In this document: in pieces, positions 1-10,384 of the stretch | Layout: each line of letters starts with the position of its first letter | Position numbering within the stretch: the first letter of the stretch is position 1 | Virus record (IMG/VR): IMGVR_UViG_3300050343_000261 | Source of the DNA: a virus | Direction: 5' to 3' (one strand) | Length of the DNA: 64,000 nucleotides | Position numbers and translations under genes: made by a program | The notes under the pieces: generated by a model | The model's database searches: none | Told to the model about the DNA's origin: nothing | What the model saw: the letters and a program-made list of their open reading frames with translations, nothing else

Positions 1-41
1 TAAGAAAACTCAGCATAGAAAGATTGTAATTACATACACAT

Positions 42-69
42 AAAAAAAGAGACCCCCGAAGGAGTCTCT
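42..69 (-). terminator. Rho-independent terminator after gp23
   Basis: Minus strand reads AGAGACTCC-TTCG-GGGGTCTCT-TTTTTT: hairpin with C(UUCG)G loop and U-tract just after the capsid gene stop. Confidence 0.9.
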
Positions 70-89
70 GTAAAGTATGTGATCCGTGA

Positions 90-1496
90 TCACATGAGGT
101 TTTGGACCTTGACGCGACGGTAGTAGCGGTTGGAACCAGCAGTGATACGTCCGAGACCCTGTGTGGTGCCTTCGGCGTAGGGGTTCGCGACCATGCCGTA
201 GCGAGTCTTGAATCCGATTTTTGGCTGGAAGGTGTCCTGACCAACGGCGCGAACCATCTGCAGGGGCACGTAAGGGCAGTAGAACAGACCGGCGTCATAA
301 GGGTTAGAACCCTTGTAGCCCATCACGTAATACTGATCAGCACTCAGGTTAGCAGCAAACGGGTCAATGTAGACGCGATAGCGACCGTTGAGCACACCAG
401 CGAAGGTGTTGCCGGTGTCATCAACATTCATGTTGGATGACAGGGCAGGGGTGTAGTCCAGTTGACCAGCGGCGGTCAGGGCAGAAGCAACATCAGCGGA
501 GCAAAGGAGGATGTTACCCTTCCCGCGACGAGTTCTTTGTGCGATGGCGTTAGCATCACGCTCCAGTTGGAAGATCATTCCTTTGAACTTCTCAACCATC
601 CAACGACCGTTGCTGTCGGTGTCAAGGTCGAACACGCCAGTTGTGGCAGTGTTTGTTTGAGCACCAGCTTCGGCGGACTTGTAGATCGTACGGATGATCT
701 CGCGGTTGATCTCAGCAAGGATTTCAGTGCTGAGGATGTTGGCGAGTTCCGCTTCGGCATCCAAACCGTGAATTGCCTTCAAGTCTTGAGCAAGCTCAAG
801 GCTGTACTCGGCCTTCAGGGCACGTGATTTGGCGGTCACCGAGACTTTCTCGATGCTGAACGCCATCTCACGGAAGTCGTTCGAGGAACCATCGCCCAGT
901 GCTTCAGAAGCTTGGGTGTTGAAACCTTGTCCAGTGCTGTAAGCGTTGTCTGCACCACCGTTGAGGATGGATGGGTTGCTACCACCTTGGGCGGTCGTAC
1001 CGAAACCAACAGCAGTGCCACCATCAGTTGCTCCGGTGTAGTCACCCTGTGCCAAGCTGGCAGCAGAGTTCTGTGCGGAGAATGCCGAATCGGGCTCGTT
1101 GAAGAATGCTTCTGTGCCAGACTGATTGTCGTAGCGTGAACGCATTGCGAAGATCAGTCCAGTAGGACCGTTCATCGGCTGAACACCAGCGAGGTCATAA
1201 GCGACCAGGTTGGGCATGGAGCGACGGATCAAGCTGATCAGCACAGGGTCGAAACCTGCGACAGGACCAGCGGCACCAGCGCCGCCACTAAAACCAGCAA
1301 CGCCTGCGCCGCCGGGATCTGTGTTGACCGTAGGGGGTGCTTCGCTCAGGAATGCACGCTCCTCACGGAGAAAACGTTCTTGGTTTTCGAGAAGTTGGGC
1401 TGTTACAGCTCTGCGGTGGTTGTCCTTGATTGAATCAAGTCCTTCGGCCTCTAGCAGAGGTGCCCACTTCTTCTGGAGGGATCCAGAATTGAACAT
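90..1496 (-). CDS. gp23: Major capsid protein
   Basis: T4 gp23 motifs LISLIRRSMPNLVAYDLAGVQPM, AKSRALKAEYSLELAQDLKAIHGLDAE, GLFYCPYVPL, FQPKIGFKTRYG. Confidence 0.99.
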   Translation of the reverse strand: MFNSGSLQKKWAPLLEAEGLDSIKDNHRRAVTAQLLENQERFLREERAFLSEAPPTVNTDPGGAGVAGFSGGAGAAGPVAGFDPVLISLIRRSMPNLVAYDLAGVQPMNGPTGLIFAMRSRYDNQSGTEAFFNEPDSAFSAQNSAASLAQGDYTGATDGGTAVGFGTTAQGGSNPSILNGGADNAYSTGQGFNTQASEALGDGSSNDFREMAFSIEKVSVTAKSRALKAEYSLELAQDLKAIHGLDAEAELANILSTEILAEINREIIRTIYKSAEAGAQTNTATTGVFDLDTDSNGRWMVEKFKGMIFQLERDANAIAQRTRRGKGNILLCSADVASALTAAGQLDYTPALSSNMNVDDTGNTFAGVLNGRYRVYIDPFAANLSADQYYVMGYKGSNPYDAGLFYCPYVPLQMVRAVGQDTFQPKIGFKTRYGMVANPYAEGTTQGLGRITAGSNRYYRRVKVQNLM

Positions 1497-1535
1497 TGGG
1501 TATACCTATTAGGGGTTGGGGGTGTTGTTCTAATA

Positions 1536-2627
1536 CTATTGGAACTTAGTTAGAGCACTGAGATATGCATTCATTGCCGGAGAATGATCTTCGACGATGC
1601 TCTCTTCGCTGCTAACTTCTTGGGACTCAACTACAGGTTTCGTAAAATACGATTCCTTCAAAGTAGCGAGCTTTTCCCGGTACTGTTCTTCACTTTCAAA
1701 CTCAACACCTTTAGAGAGTTCCGAAAGCTTGTCCTTTTGGGACAGTGCCAGACCTTCACTTACTTCATCGAGGATGTTGTCAGAAACAGACGCCGACAGT
1801 CGCTGAGTCAATGCGACGTTGCTGTCGATCTGTTCGTTGAGTTTTGTCTCCATTTCATCTAACTTAGAAGTCATCGCTTCTAAGACATCATATTTATCTT
1901 CAGGGATTTCAACATAATGTTCTTCAAAAAGGGTCTTGAGACCCGTCATAAAGGATTCCGAAAGTTCACCTCGGATTCCTGATTCGACCTGCAGCGCATT
2001 CTCGTTGATCCACTCGTTCGCAACGAACTCTAGGTATGAATCAACACGCTCGGTCATCTCAGTCTTGAAGCTAGCGACCTCTTGGTCAAATGCTTCGCTG
2101 AACTGAGCTTCCAGAGTGCTTGCCACTTGATCAATCTTGCTACGTACAGCAGCTTCAAAGATTGTAGCGGTCTTTTCTTGGAACTCGGCAGAGAGTTCTT
2201 CTCCTTCGAGCAGAGCAGCAACGTCTTCAGACACATCGATATCGATGGCTTCGACTTGCTCTTCTTCAGCAACAACAGGATCTTTGGTTTCGGGGGTTTC
2301 TGCAACCACCTCTTCCTCGGATTCGGTTTCTTCGTTGGCACCTTTTCCATAACCAGTGCTCTTCAGAGCAGCAGGTCCTGGAAGTTGAACTTTGCCAGCA
2401 GCGTTCCTAAATTGAACGTCGCCTGATTGGGCAAAGGATGCGCCAGGTGTCTTCAGCTTATTGCTGTCGTCATCTGGTCTGGAATTAGTAGGAGTTGGTC
2501 CACCGAGATCTTCGATCGCGGCGTTATCAGGCACGTAGTTGGGAGCCTTTGGCATAGGATCCGCTTTAGCTGCACCTTTAGTAACCTGGTTCTCCATTTC
2601 ATCTAGTGTTTGTTTCGCTTCAGCCAT
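1536..2627 (-). CDS. gp22: Prohead core scaffold protein
   Basis: Acidic coiled-coil protein with LSAEFQEKTATIFEAAV, VDSYLEFVANEW, LFEEHYVEIPEDKYDV; lies between gp21 and gp23. Confidence 0.95.
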   Translation of the reverse strand: MAEAKQTLDEMENQVTKGAAKADPMPKAPNYVPDNAAIEDLGGPTPTNSRPDDDSNKLKTPGASFAQSGDVQFRNAAGKVQLPGPAALKSTGYGKGANEETESEEEVVAETPETKDPVVAEEEQVEAIDIDVSEDVAALLEGEELSAEFQEKTATIFEAAVRSKIDQVASTLEAQFSEAFDQEVASFKTEMTERVDSYLEFVANEWINENALQVESGIRGELSESFMTGLKTLFEEHYVEIPEDKYDVLEAMTSKLDEMETKLNEQIDSNVALTQRLSASVSDNILDEVSEGLALSQKDKLSELSKGVEFESEEQYREKLATLKESYFTKPVVESQEVSSEESIVEDHSPAMNAYLSALTKFQ

Positions 2628-2663
2628 CGGTTAGTTTCCGTAAGTCCTAGTTATTGCTGTTAT

Positions 2664-2670
2664 TATTTAG
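2664..2670 (-). promoter_or_regulatory. T4-type late promoter (CTAAATA) for gp22
   Basis: Minus-strand CTAAATA in the gp21-gp22 gap. Confidence 0.7.
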
Positions 2671-2674
2671 AGTT

Positions 2675-3322
2675 TTATAGATCTGAAAGGAATTGTGCAA
2701 AAAGGCGCAACTTGTGTGCCTCAAGCACTCCTTCATCTACAGCGGTATTTATACTCTCTTCGATTGCCTTACAAGACTTTTCGCGAAGCATACCGCCTTC
2801 CCAGACCCATTCTTTCCCTTCCATAATTCCGTCCACAAAAGCGTCGGGAGCAGAAGGATCGGCAACAATATCAGCAGCGGTGGCGAGCATAAAATCTTCG
2901 CCAACATAACTGATACCATCACGCTGAGTAATGGATCCCATTCCCCTAGAGGAAACGCCAAGTTTTACACCCTCACTAATGAGGGACTCAGCGATCTTGC
3001 CCATGGGGGTAGACAAAATTTGTGCCTTACCTACAAAGTTATTACCTTCTTGGGTCAAAGACACAATCTTATGGGACACTCGATCCAGGTTGATCTGGGG
3101 ACCATCTGGGTGACCCAGTTCACCAAGGGCACGACCTTTATTGGTGTAAGATTCGTTGTAACGAGCAACCTCTTTGACCATAGTGCCGAGGCCATAGCAC
3201 CGCTTATTCCGGTTTACAACTTCTGCTTGAAGGAAAGGTCCTTGAATATAGAGAGTTTTCTTACCGTCTTTTTCTTCGGTAAGAATATCTACTGCTTCAA
3301 TTTCTTCTGAGATAAGTTTCAT
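2675..3322 (-). CDS. gp21: Prohead protease
   Basis: MKLISEE start (ATGA overlap with the upstream gene), ALGELGHPDGPQINLDRVSH, LGVSSRGMGS, ADIVADPSAPDAFV. Confidence 0.97.
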   Translation of the reverse strand: MKLISEEIEAVDILTEEKDGKKTLYIQGPFLQAEVVNRNKRCYGLGTMVKEVARYNESYTNKGRALGELGHPDGPQINLDRVSHKIVSLTQEGNNFVGKAQILSTPMGKIAESLISEGVKLGVSSRGMGSITQRDGISYVGEDFMLATAADIVADPSAPDAFVDGIMEGKEWVWEGGMLREKSCKAIEESINTAVDEGVLEAHKLRLFAQFLSDL

Positions 3323-3879
3323 GCTAGATTGACCTCGTGTACATGCATAGTGCAACCATCAGAAGTTTCGGGAGCAAGTCGCACAATGACGGACTTAGAA
3401 ATCTCTGCAGTTCCAGTAAAATCTCCTAATGATGCTGTGTCAGCATCGACCGTAATGGTCTTAGAGTAAGCATTATATGACTGAGGATCAGAAATCGCAG
3501 TGACTTCAACGTGTGCCAAAGTGCTGTTATATGCACCGACAGCAGCGCCGGTCATAGTTACGAAATCTCCTACCTTGATTTTTGTGTCTGGAAAATCGAT
3601 CGCCATGACCGTCGATGTACCTTTAGTGACACCAATAATCTTGGCATGTGCCGGGTGACCATAACGATAGAGGAACCCATGTCCTTTCTCGATATGAAAC
3701 GATCCGATGCCAGCTTCTGCGATAGTGTTACACACAGAGATGTGTCCACTTTTTTTCTCAGAACTACATGCCAGATATAACAGACCACTTTGAATAGTGA
3801 CGGCACTGGACGCAACCGTGGTTGCATCATTACTTGACAGTTCACCATGGTCGGCTACAAGTTTCAGTGCTTGCATCAC
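3319..3879 (-). CDS. Hypothetical protein in the prohead-core position between gp20 and gp21
   Basis: 186-aa ORF with ATGA-type overlaps to both neighbours; beta-rich; no family recognised. Confidence 0.8.
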   Translation of the reverse strand: MMQALKLVADHGELSSNDATTVASSAVTIQSGLLYLACSSEKKSGHISVCNTIAEAGIGSFHIEKGHGFLYRYGHPAHAKIIGVTKGTSTVMAIDFPDTKIKVGDFVTMTGAAVGAYNSTLAHVEVTAISDPQSYNAYSKTITVDADTASLGDFTGTAEISKSVIVRLAPETSDGCTMHVHEVNLA

Positions 3880-4100
3880 TCGGACTCCTCTTCGGTTTCA
3901 GTTTCAGTCTCAGTCTCTACTTCATTTGCTGGAGCATCTTCGCCTGAAGTATCTCCAAAAATACCTGCCGCAACAGCAGGAGTAACTTCCCCAACTTTGT
4001 CTGCTGACTTTTGAGTCAACAGAGTTTTGATGGCATCATGAATTTCACTGGGAGTGGATTCCTTAGAACCCATCATATCGAGAAGCTGATCAGTATCCAT
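3876..4100 (-). CDS. Small acidic prohead-core-like protein (position of T4 gp67/68)
   Basis: 74 aa with an ETETETETEEESE tail; directly downstream of portal and a late promoter. Confidence 0.75.
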   Translation of the reverse strand: MDTDQLLDMMGSKESTPSEIHDAIKTLLTQKSADKVGEVTPAVAAGIFGDTSGEDAPANEVETETETETEEESE

Positions 4101-4126
4101 TATGAAGTAGTAGAAACGCTAAAGGT

Positions 4127-4134
4127 TATTTATA
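4127..4134 (-). promoter_or_regulatory. Consensus late promoter TATAAATA overlapping the gp20 stop
   Basis: Exact T4 late -10 consensus on the minus strand. Confidence 0.85.
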
Positions 4135-5788
4135 TCTTGGCTTTCTTGATATCTAGAAGGGGCGCATCTCCATCCTTAGGATCGGTAGGGACTTTGCCCG
4201 ATTGACCGTTCTGATTATTGCCAATCTGACCGTTCTCAATCTGACCTTGCATGATCGCATTTTGAGTTTCTAACGGCACTCCTACTCCTGTTGCATTCTC
4301 CTCTTCCATCTCCTGTTCCATTTCAAGAATCTCTTCGTCGGTCTGACGTAAGATCTTACGCTTCACATAATCACGTGAGTAGTAGGTACCGATGTAAGGT
4401 TCAATTTGAACCATGACGTTCAACCTTTCATTCATCAACTCAGTTTCTTTGAGTTCTGCAAAGTGATTGTCATACAGATAGTCAAACTGAATATGCTCTG
4501 CCATCTTCTCCCAATCTTCGGGAGTAACAATGTTCTTGAGAATCAACTGAGTTTTCAGTAGATCAAGGAACAGTGCAGAGAAACGCTTGCGGAGACGACC
4601 CACAAACTTACTAAACATCAGTTCGTCACGAAGGATCTCACTAGAGCGACCCATGTTGAATCCACTATCACCAGCGATGCGAGACTCAGGAACGTTCAAT
4701 GAACGATATAGTTTCTTCTGGAAGTATTCAATGTCAGCAAGTTCACCTAGATTCTGACCTCCAGGAAGTGTGGTGATTTCTGTTCCACGACCACCTTCAC
4801 GGCGAGGCAACCAGAAGTCTTCCAACATGGACATGAACTTCTTGTCATCTTTGATCTCACCAGTGTTAGCGTCATACACCAACTTGTTCCGGTAACGACT
4901 CATCACGTCACGCAGATACTGTTCTGCCTTGACCTTTGGTAGGTTGCCAACGTCGATGTAGAAGATACGACGTTCAGGTGCACGCGACAAACGGTAGATA
5001 ACGAGGGAGTCCTCGATCATCCGTAGTTGGTTCAGACCCTTGATTGCCTTGTGTAGGTAAGAAAGAGTAAGTTTTTTATTGCGATCAATAAGACCAGAGG
5101 TGATATGGCAGATAGAATCCTTAGCGATTCGTACGCCCTTACCTGCAACAGAACCATACTTCTGTGCTACACCTGCAGGGTAGTAAGTATAAAATTCTTG
5201 AATCTTAGTATCTTTGGTAACACTAATTGCAGAGTTGTCAGGCATAGGCATGTCAGGAATGCCTTTACTCTTGTCTGCAGGTTTGACCCTCATCAACTTG
5301 ATTTTGAGGGCGTCGATATATCGAATCTCTTTGATACCTTCGTCAGGTTTCTGTACGTCGATTACCTTGTGGTAGTACAGTCGCCCATCCACATACCAGT
5401 TGCGGAAAATTTCGTGCGACTTTTTATCAAATTCAAGAAGATCTTTTACATTCTTGAACTCATCACGAATAACATTCTTGAGAGATTGACCGACTTGAAG
5501 GTTGTCAAGGTCAATTTCCACGGGGGAATCATTTAGGTCTGAGACAATTGCCTCATTGACTACGTGCTCTACAGCAGTGTCGCATTCTGGATGCAGGGAC
5601 ATATCCCTGTAGCGTTTGATGATATCAAACTCGGTCCTGAAGACACCTTCAATATCAACATACTGTCCATAAAAACCCGAAGAAAGGTAGTAATCAGATC
5701 CGTCTTCCTTGTTAGGAGCGACAGGGCTGATTACACCTTTCGACTTTTTTGATTCATCATCAATTGAAAAACCAAAAAGTTTGGTCAT
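4130..5788 (-). CDS. gp20: Portal vertex protein
   Basis: QLRMIEDSLVIYRLSRAPERRIFYIDVGNLPK, EDFWLPRREGGRGTEITTLPGG. Confidence 0.99.
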   Translation of the reverse strand: MTKLFGFSIDDESKKSKGVISPVAPNKEDGSDYYLSSGFYGQYVDIEGVFRTEFDIIKRYRDMSLHPECDTAVEHVVNEAIVSDLNDSPVEIDLDNLQVGQSLKNVIRDEFKNVKDLLEFDKKSHEIFRNWYVDGRLYYHKVIDVQKPDEGIKEIRYIDALKIKLMRVKPADKSKGIPDMPMPDNSAISVTKDTKIQEFYTYYPAGVAQKYGSVAGKGVRIAKDSICHITSGLIDRNKKLTLSYLHKAIKGLNQLRMIEDSLVIYRLSRAPERRIFYIDVGNLPKVKAEQYLRDVMSRYRNKLVYDANTGEIKDDKKFMSMLEDFWLPRREGGRGTEITTLPGGQNLGELADIEYFQKKLYRSLNVPESRIAGDSGFNMGRSSEILRDELMFSKFVGRLRKRFSALFLDLLKTQLILKNIVTPEDWEKMAEHIQFDYLYDNHFAELKETELMNERLNVMVQIEPYIGTYYSRDYVKRKILRQTDEEILEMEQEMEEENATGVGVPLETQNAIMQGQIENGQIGNNQNGQSGKVPTDPKDGDAPLLDIKKAKI

Positions 5789-5816
5789 AATAATAGGGTA
5801 GTTGGTCTAATCGATA

Positions 5817-5824
5817 TATTTATC
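5817..5824 (-). promoter_or_regulatory. Late promoter (GATAAATA) for gp20
   Basis: One mismatch from TATAAATA; overlaps the gp19 stop. Confidence 0.7.
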
Positions 5825-6458
5825 AGACCACAGAACCACTGTTATTGCCGTCATAAGCAGCCCACCACTGAACCTGCAGTGTAACCTGGAACTCTTCGAT
5901 GGTATCTGCAGAGTCATAAGACAACTCAACAGCACCAACAGCACTAGGCCAGCAACCCTTCATTGAGTAGCGACGCAGTACAGGAAGTTGTGCGGGGTTG
6001 TCCTTACCCTGAACATTGAGGTTAGTGCTTGCACGACCCAATTGGTTCACAGTCCAGTCAGCATAATACTCACTGGGGTTGACAGTTCCAGAACCATCAG
6101 ACACTTTGGTGATAAAGTTTGACCACCGCTCAAATGCTTCGCGAATTTTGAAGTCACCATCGTTGATTACAGTGATGGTCCAAGGATCGAAACGGCGATC
6201 CCCAGCAACTTTGAGTTGACGACCCCGGAAGGGGACGATCACTTCCTGGATGTTTGATGCAGGGAGTTGTGCTCCCTTGATCATCATCCGGTATGTGGTG
6301 TCTTCGATGTCTTCATCAAAGATGCCGACTCCCGAAGGGAAGTCCATCTCAACCTCAAAGAGATTAGCGCGAGCACCGCCGCCCGTCAGACGAGACTTGA
6401 ACGAGTCAATAGATCGTTCGTTGTTTGGTATGGAAAAAATGTTCCTATCTAAAGCCAT
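5823..6458 (-). CDS. gp19: Tail tube protein
   Basis: GGARANLFEV, VPFRGRQLKVAGDRRFDPWTITVINDGDF, IEEFQVTLQVQWW. Confidence 0.97.
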   Translation of the reverse strand: MALDRNIFSIPNNERSIDSFKSRLTGGGARANLFEVEMDFPSGVGIFDEDIEDTTYRMMIKGAQLPASNIQEVIVPFRGRQLKVAGDRRFDPWTITVINDGDFKIREAFERWSNFITKVSDGSGTVNPSEYYADWTVNQLGRASTNLNVQGKDNPAQLPVLRRYSMKGCWPSAVGAVELSYDSADTIEEFQVTLQVQWWAAYDGNNSGSVV

Positions 6459-6477
6459 TAGTTGATTCTCCTATTGA

Positions 6478-8658
6478 TCAGACGGTGCCGACGACTTCGC
6501 TAAAGCTAACGCCAGTGCGGGTAGCAACAAACGTCAGACCAATGAAGTTGATCGAGCGGGCGGGTTTGAGGTAGATGTCAGCAATAAACTCATTGCGGTC
6601 GATTGCCTCGGGGGTGTTGTTCGTCTCATCGCAGACGAGCAGGAAGTCGGTTAGACCACGCTTCGCTTGCACGTCGCGGAGGAAAGGTTCGACAATGTTG
6701 ATGAAGTTGGAACGAGTTCCAGCATCATTGAGTTCAAAGAGTTGAGACTTAGCAGCGTTCTCAATCGCTTTCTCCAGGGTGATGAAGAGGCGACGAACGT
6801 TGATGCGATCAAACGCACTCTCGAAGGAAAGACCCGTCTTGTCTCCGAACAGGATAATACCGCCACCAGGTTGAGAGATGACAGGGTTGATCCGGTTTGA
6901 ATAGAGCTGATCTCGGGAATCTTGCCCTGGGTTGAATGCCAGTTTGATGGCAAAGTTCAGACCACCACGTGCCTGACCTGCAGGAGAGAACCATGGGAAA
7001 TTATCCCGGTCAGTCCGTGCACAAAGACCAGCAATGTCAGCAGAAATCGGCATGTAGACGAACTGCTTATTGAAGCGGTCGTATACGTACTGGTAACCAG
7101 AGTCGAAGACGGCGTATGAACTGGAGGTAATAGGTGAGAAGAACTCAAGAGTGTTCTTCAGTTTGTCAGAAGACTCAGTCACATTGACTTGAGAACTCCG
7201 GCAGGGTGAAATAAACGCGATGCAATCCTTCCGCAATTCGCAGATTTGGATCATCTTGTTTGCTTTTGCCTGCTCTTCTTCTTTACTCTTGAAGGCACCA
7301 CCCTGAAGGAGGAAGCGAATGTCGCTGTCTACAGGATCGGCAAACTTGTTATAAGAAGTTAGGATGTCTCCTAGAGGTGCATCAAATACTCCGATACCGG
7401 TGTAGTCTAGACCACCCAGTAAGGTATACTTGACGTTACCTACCAGGTTGAACTTGAGGTCTTTAGATTCTTGACCCCAAGCACCAGCACCAGAAGTGAT
7501 AGGTGCAAACCCAGCACTAAATCCAGAAGCAATAGGTGACGTGTTGTTGAAGTTGTCGGTGCCGTTCACCAGCGAAACACCTGCCCAGAGGAACTCAGAG
7601 TTCTCAGCAATGTAATTCTTGTAGTAAATCTGACGACCACCAGCAACTTCAGCGTCACTGGACTTAGACAGGTTACTGAACTTCTCCAGAACGGAACCTA
7701 CATCACCAGTTACTTGACCACCAGCATCAACAACTACAATGTGAAGGGCATCATTGTTGCCATCACGGTTTGAAGTATAGTTGCTGGTCTGAGGGCGGTT
7801 CAGAACAGAACGCCAAGGCAAGGTCACCAGATCAGTACCACCGTCAGCAACGCTGGTCAGAATGTTCTGGGAGTTATACCAATCCACAGAAGACGCTGTT
7901 TGCCCCATGGCAACAGTGTTTCCGGAACTGTTTACAAAGTTCAGGGGACTACCAGTCTTGAACTCACGTTGGGAGTTTTGCTGATAATCAACAACAGTTT
8001 CAGTTCCTGCAACAACCGTGCTAACAACTCGGATGTCGATTGTTGTGGCAGTCTTGGCAGTAACGATACCTTTCAGGATGCCTGTTGCATCAGTCACCGT
8101 GCCCAATCCAACAGTTTTCCCTGTCAGATGTTGAGTAACACCCATACCAACGGTCACGTTGGATGCAATGGTACCAGTTTGAAGTGTAGGGGTAACAGTC
8201 TGGTCAGCGAAGTTATCAATAACTGCGACTTTTACTTGGTTTGACCAAGCACCAGGGTTCTTAGCAGCAAAGTACCAGTGAAGATCGTCTGCTTGATTGT
8301 TGTAATAATCGTCCTCATTTTCAACCAAAAGGTTGGTGGTATGAGCGTAACCAGCCGCTGCGTTTGCGTTTACAAGGTCTCCACCCTTGCAACGTACCAC
8401 ATCTAATTTTCCTCCATATGAGAGGAAGTGTGATGCGGAAAGAAAAACCTCATAATGATAATCTGACTTTCCAATTCCCGGTTGCCCGAAAACATCAACG
8501 AGTTCTTTCTCGTTATTGATACGAGTAATCTCGTTTACGGGTCCTTTCCGAAAGGGACCGACAAAACCTGCTACGACGTTGGTTGTAAAATCAACGCCAC
8601 CACGAGTTAGGTCAACTTCCCGTATAGAAATACCCGGAGATGCTAATCGAAGTGCCAT
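6478..8658 (-). CDS. gp18: Tail sheath protein
   Basis: LASPGISIREVDLT, FPWFSPAGQARG, AFDRINVRRLFITLEKAI, PARSINFIGLTFVATRTGVSF. Confidence 0.98.
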   Translation of the reverse strand: MALRLASPGISIREVDLTRGGVDFTTNVVAGFVGPFRKGPVNEITRINNEKELVDVFGQPGIGKSDYHYEVFLSASHFLSYGGKLDVVRCKGGDLVNANAAAGYAHTTNLLVENEDDYYNNQADDLHWYFAAKNPGAWSNQVKVAVIDNFADQTVTPTLQTGTIASNVTVGMGVTQHLTGKTVGLGTVTDATGILKGIVTAKTATTIDIRVVSTVVAGTETVVDYQQNSQREFKTGSPLNFVNSSGNTVAMGQTASSVDWYNSQNILTSVADGGTDLVTLPWRSVLNRPQTSNYTSNRDGNNDALHIVVVDAGGQVTGDVGSVLEKFSNLSKSSDAEVAGGRQIYYKNYIAENSEFLWAGVSLVNGTDNFNNTSPIASGFSAGFAPITSGAGAWGQESKDLKFNLVGNVKYTLLGGLDYTGIGVFDAPLGDILTSYNKFADPVDSDIRFLLQGGAFKSKEEEQAKANKMIQICELRKDCIAFISPCRSSQVNVTESSDKLKNTLEFFSPITSSSYAVFDSGYQYVYDRFNKQFVYMPISADIAGLCARTDRDNFPWFSPAGQARGGLNFAIKLAFNPGQDSRDQLYSNRINPVISQPGGGIILFGDKTGLSFESAFDRINVRRLFITLEKAIENAAKSQLFELNDAGTRSNFINIVEPFLRDVQAKRGLTDFLLVCDETNNTPEAIDRNEFIADIYLKPARSINFIGLTFVATRTGVSFSEVVGTV

Positions 8659-8692
8659 TCTAACTCCCTGTTGTCCCTACGATGACTAGAGA

Positions 8693-8715
8693 TATTTATG
8701 GAATTGCTTATTTAG
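8693..8715 (-). promoter_or_regulatory. Tandem late promoters for gp18
   Basis: CTAAATA (8709-8715) and CATAAATA (8693-8700) in the gp17-gp18 gap. Confidence 0.7.
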
Positions 8716-8722
8716 TGGGACT

Positions 8723-10381
8723 TTAGGAATGGTACTCCCACATGTAAGAGCGATCTCCATACTCATCAGTCTTCCAAATCGTACCATCTGACTCAACAGT
8801 CTCCCCACCCATCTCATCAAATCCGTCGCATACAAAACCGAAAGGTGCCATGTCTTGCTCAATAGCATTCTTCTGTTCTTCATATATTTTCTTACGAACA
8901 TCCTGGTCCGTCATCTCCTTGAAATAATCTTGAGCAACTAACCAGGCAAAGATAACCAGGCACATAGCAAGATCATCATTACAACCTTCCTCTGCCTCAA
9001 ACGACTGCTTTTTCTGGATAAACGTTGTCAATTCTGCAATGATGTTGTAGTCGCAGAAGATTAGTTTGTCATCCTCAACCAGAGTTTTGAGGTTAGAGCA
9101 ACCCACCTTCTTGGTGACCTGACTCATCTTTACACCCAACTGAGTCTTGACACCAGAGAACCCAGAACCAACTTGCTGACCTGCACGCCCACGCATTGCA
9201 ACCATCAACAGGTTTTCATACTCCAAGTCATAGAACAAAATAGATGCCACCTGGTCACCAATGTCATTGACCTCTGCCAGGACATGTGCGTTGTTGTATG
9301 CCCTACCCACTTCCTCAATAATTGATGGGAAGATCATGGGTTTGATTTCATTGTCCCTATAAACACCGACAATTTTATATGGATACTCTGTGATATCAAA
9401 AACACAGAACGTGCTATAGTCTTTGCCTACACCACGTGCAACGTCAACTGTAATAACGTACTCATGTTTTTCACGTGGAGTTTCATATAGAGATAACTTG
9501 CCATTCCTTTTCACTGGGTCTTCAAAGACCAGTGCTTTCAGTTTTGATGCTGCTATCAGAGTATCAACAGATCCTAGGAATTCGCACTCAAACTCAATCT
9601 TGAACTGTTGCTCTGACGTGTTAGCAATGGTTTGCTTTTTCCACTTAGCATCTCTTCCTGGCACTTCAGACCAGTGCACTTCCGTGGGAACATATTCATT
9701 CTTACCACGCTCAGCATCATGCCACATCCTGTAGAAGTGGTTCATGCCATGAGGCGTAGATACAATAATTACTTTGGAAGATTTACCAGATGAGATTGTA
9801 GGATATACCGACGCAAAGAAATCATCTGCCAAGTGGTTTGCCACAAACGCAAACTCGTCCAGGAAGATGATGTTGAAAGACATACCTCGAACAGCAGATG
9901 CTGAGGTAGATGCAGCAATGATCTTAGAACCGTTTTCCAGTTCCATAGATCCTTTGTTCCAAGCTATGATGCCTTGCTGCATCCAGCGCGGCAGGTTTTC
10001 GTACGCCAGTTGTAATCTGCCGAGGAGATCTCTAGCTGTTGCCGCTTTGTTTGCGAGGATTCCGATGTTGACGTTATCATTGAAGATCGCGTAGTGGAGA
10101 AGAAACGATACAACAGTGGTAGACTTTCCAGTCTGCCTAGGCATCTTGCATATATTGAATCTATGCTTATGAAAATTTCTGATAAGTTTCTTTTGAAACT
10201 TATACATGTTGAACGGGACAAGACCTTCGTCCACGTTGACAATTCTTATGTACTTTTCTGTAAAATAAACAGGGTCATTTTTACATCGAACAAATTCGAT
10301 GATATTTTCTTCGGTAAACTCTTGCTTAGTGTTTACCTTTTTTAGATTGGGATTACCAAGATATACGTCACTCCCAGCCAT
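8723..10381 (-). CDS. gp17: Terminase large subunit
   Basis: Walker A MPRQTGKSTT, Walker B IIFLDEFAF, STPHGMNHFY, nuclease DVARG and GCNDDLAM; no intein visible. Confidence 0.99.
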   Translation of the reverse strand: MAGSDVYLGNPNLKKVNTKQEFTEENIIEFVRCKNDPVYFTEKYIRIVNVDEGLVPFNMYKFQKKLIRNFHKHRFNICKMPRQTGKSTTVVSFLLHYAIFNDNVNIGILANKAATARDLLGRLQLAYENLPRWMQQGIIAWNKGSMELENGSKIIAASTSASAVRGMSFNIIFLDEFAFVANHLADDFFASVYPTISSGKSSKVIIVSTPHGMNHFYRMWHDAERGKNEYVPTEVHWSEVPGRDAKWKKQTIANTSEQQFKIEFECEFLGSVDTLIAASKLKALVFEDPVKRNGKLSLYETPREKHEYVITVDVARGVGKDYSTFCVFDITEYPYKIVGVYRDNEIKPMIFPSIIEEVGRAYNNAHVLAEVNDIGDQVASILFYDLEYENLLMVAMRGRAGQQVGSGFSGVKTQLGVKMSQVTKKVGCSNLKTLVEDDKLIFCDYNIIAELTTFIQKKQSFEAEEGCNDDLAMCLVIFAWLVAQDYFKEMTDQDVRKKIYEEQKNAIEQDMAPFGFVCDGFDEMGGETVESDGTIWKTDEYGDRSYMWEYHS

Positions 10382-10384
10382 AAA

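Noticed and set aside
102-8244. Many 60-120-aa plus-strand ORFs opposite gp23, gp22, gp20 and gp18
   Set aside because: Antisense shadows of codon-biased structural genes; no RBS, motifs or independent promoters
8723-10381. Intein or intron in terminase (also checked portal and capsid)
   Set aside because: Motifs are contiguous, lengths are ordinary, and no splicing or homing-endonuclease motifs are seen
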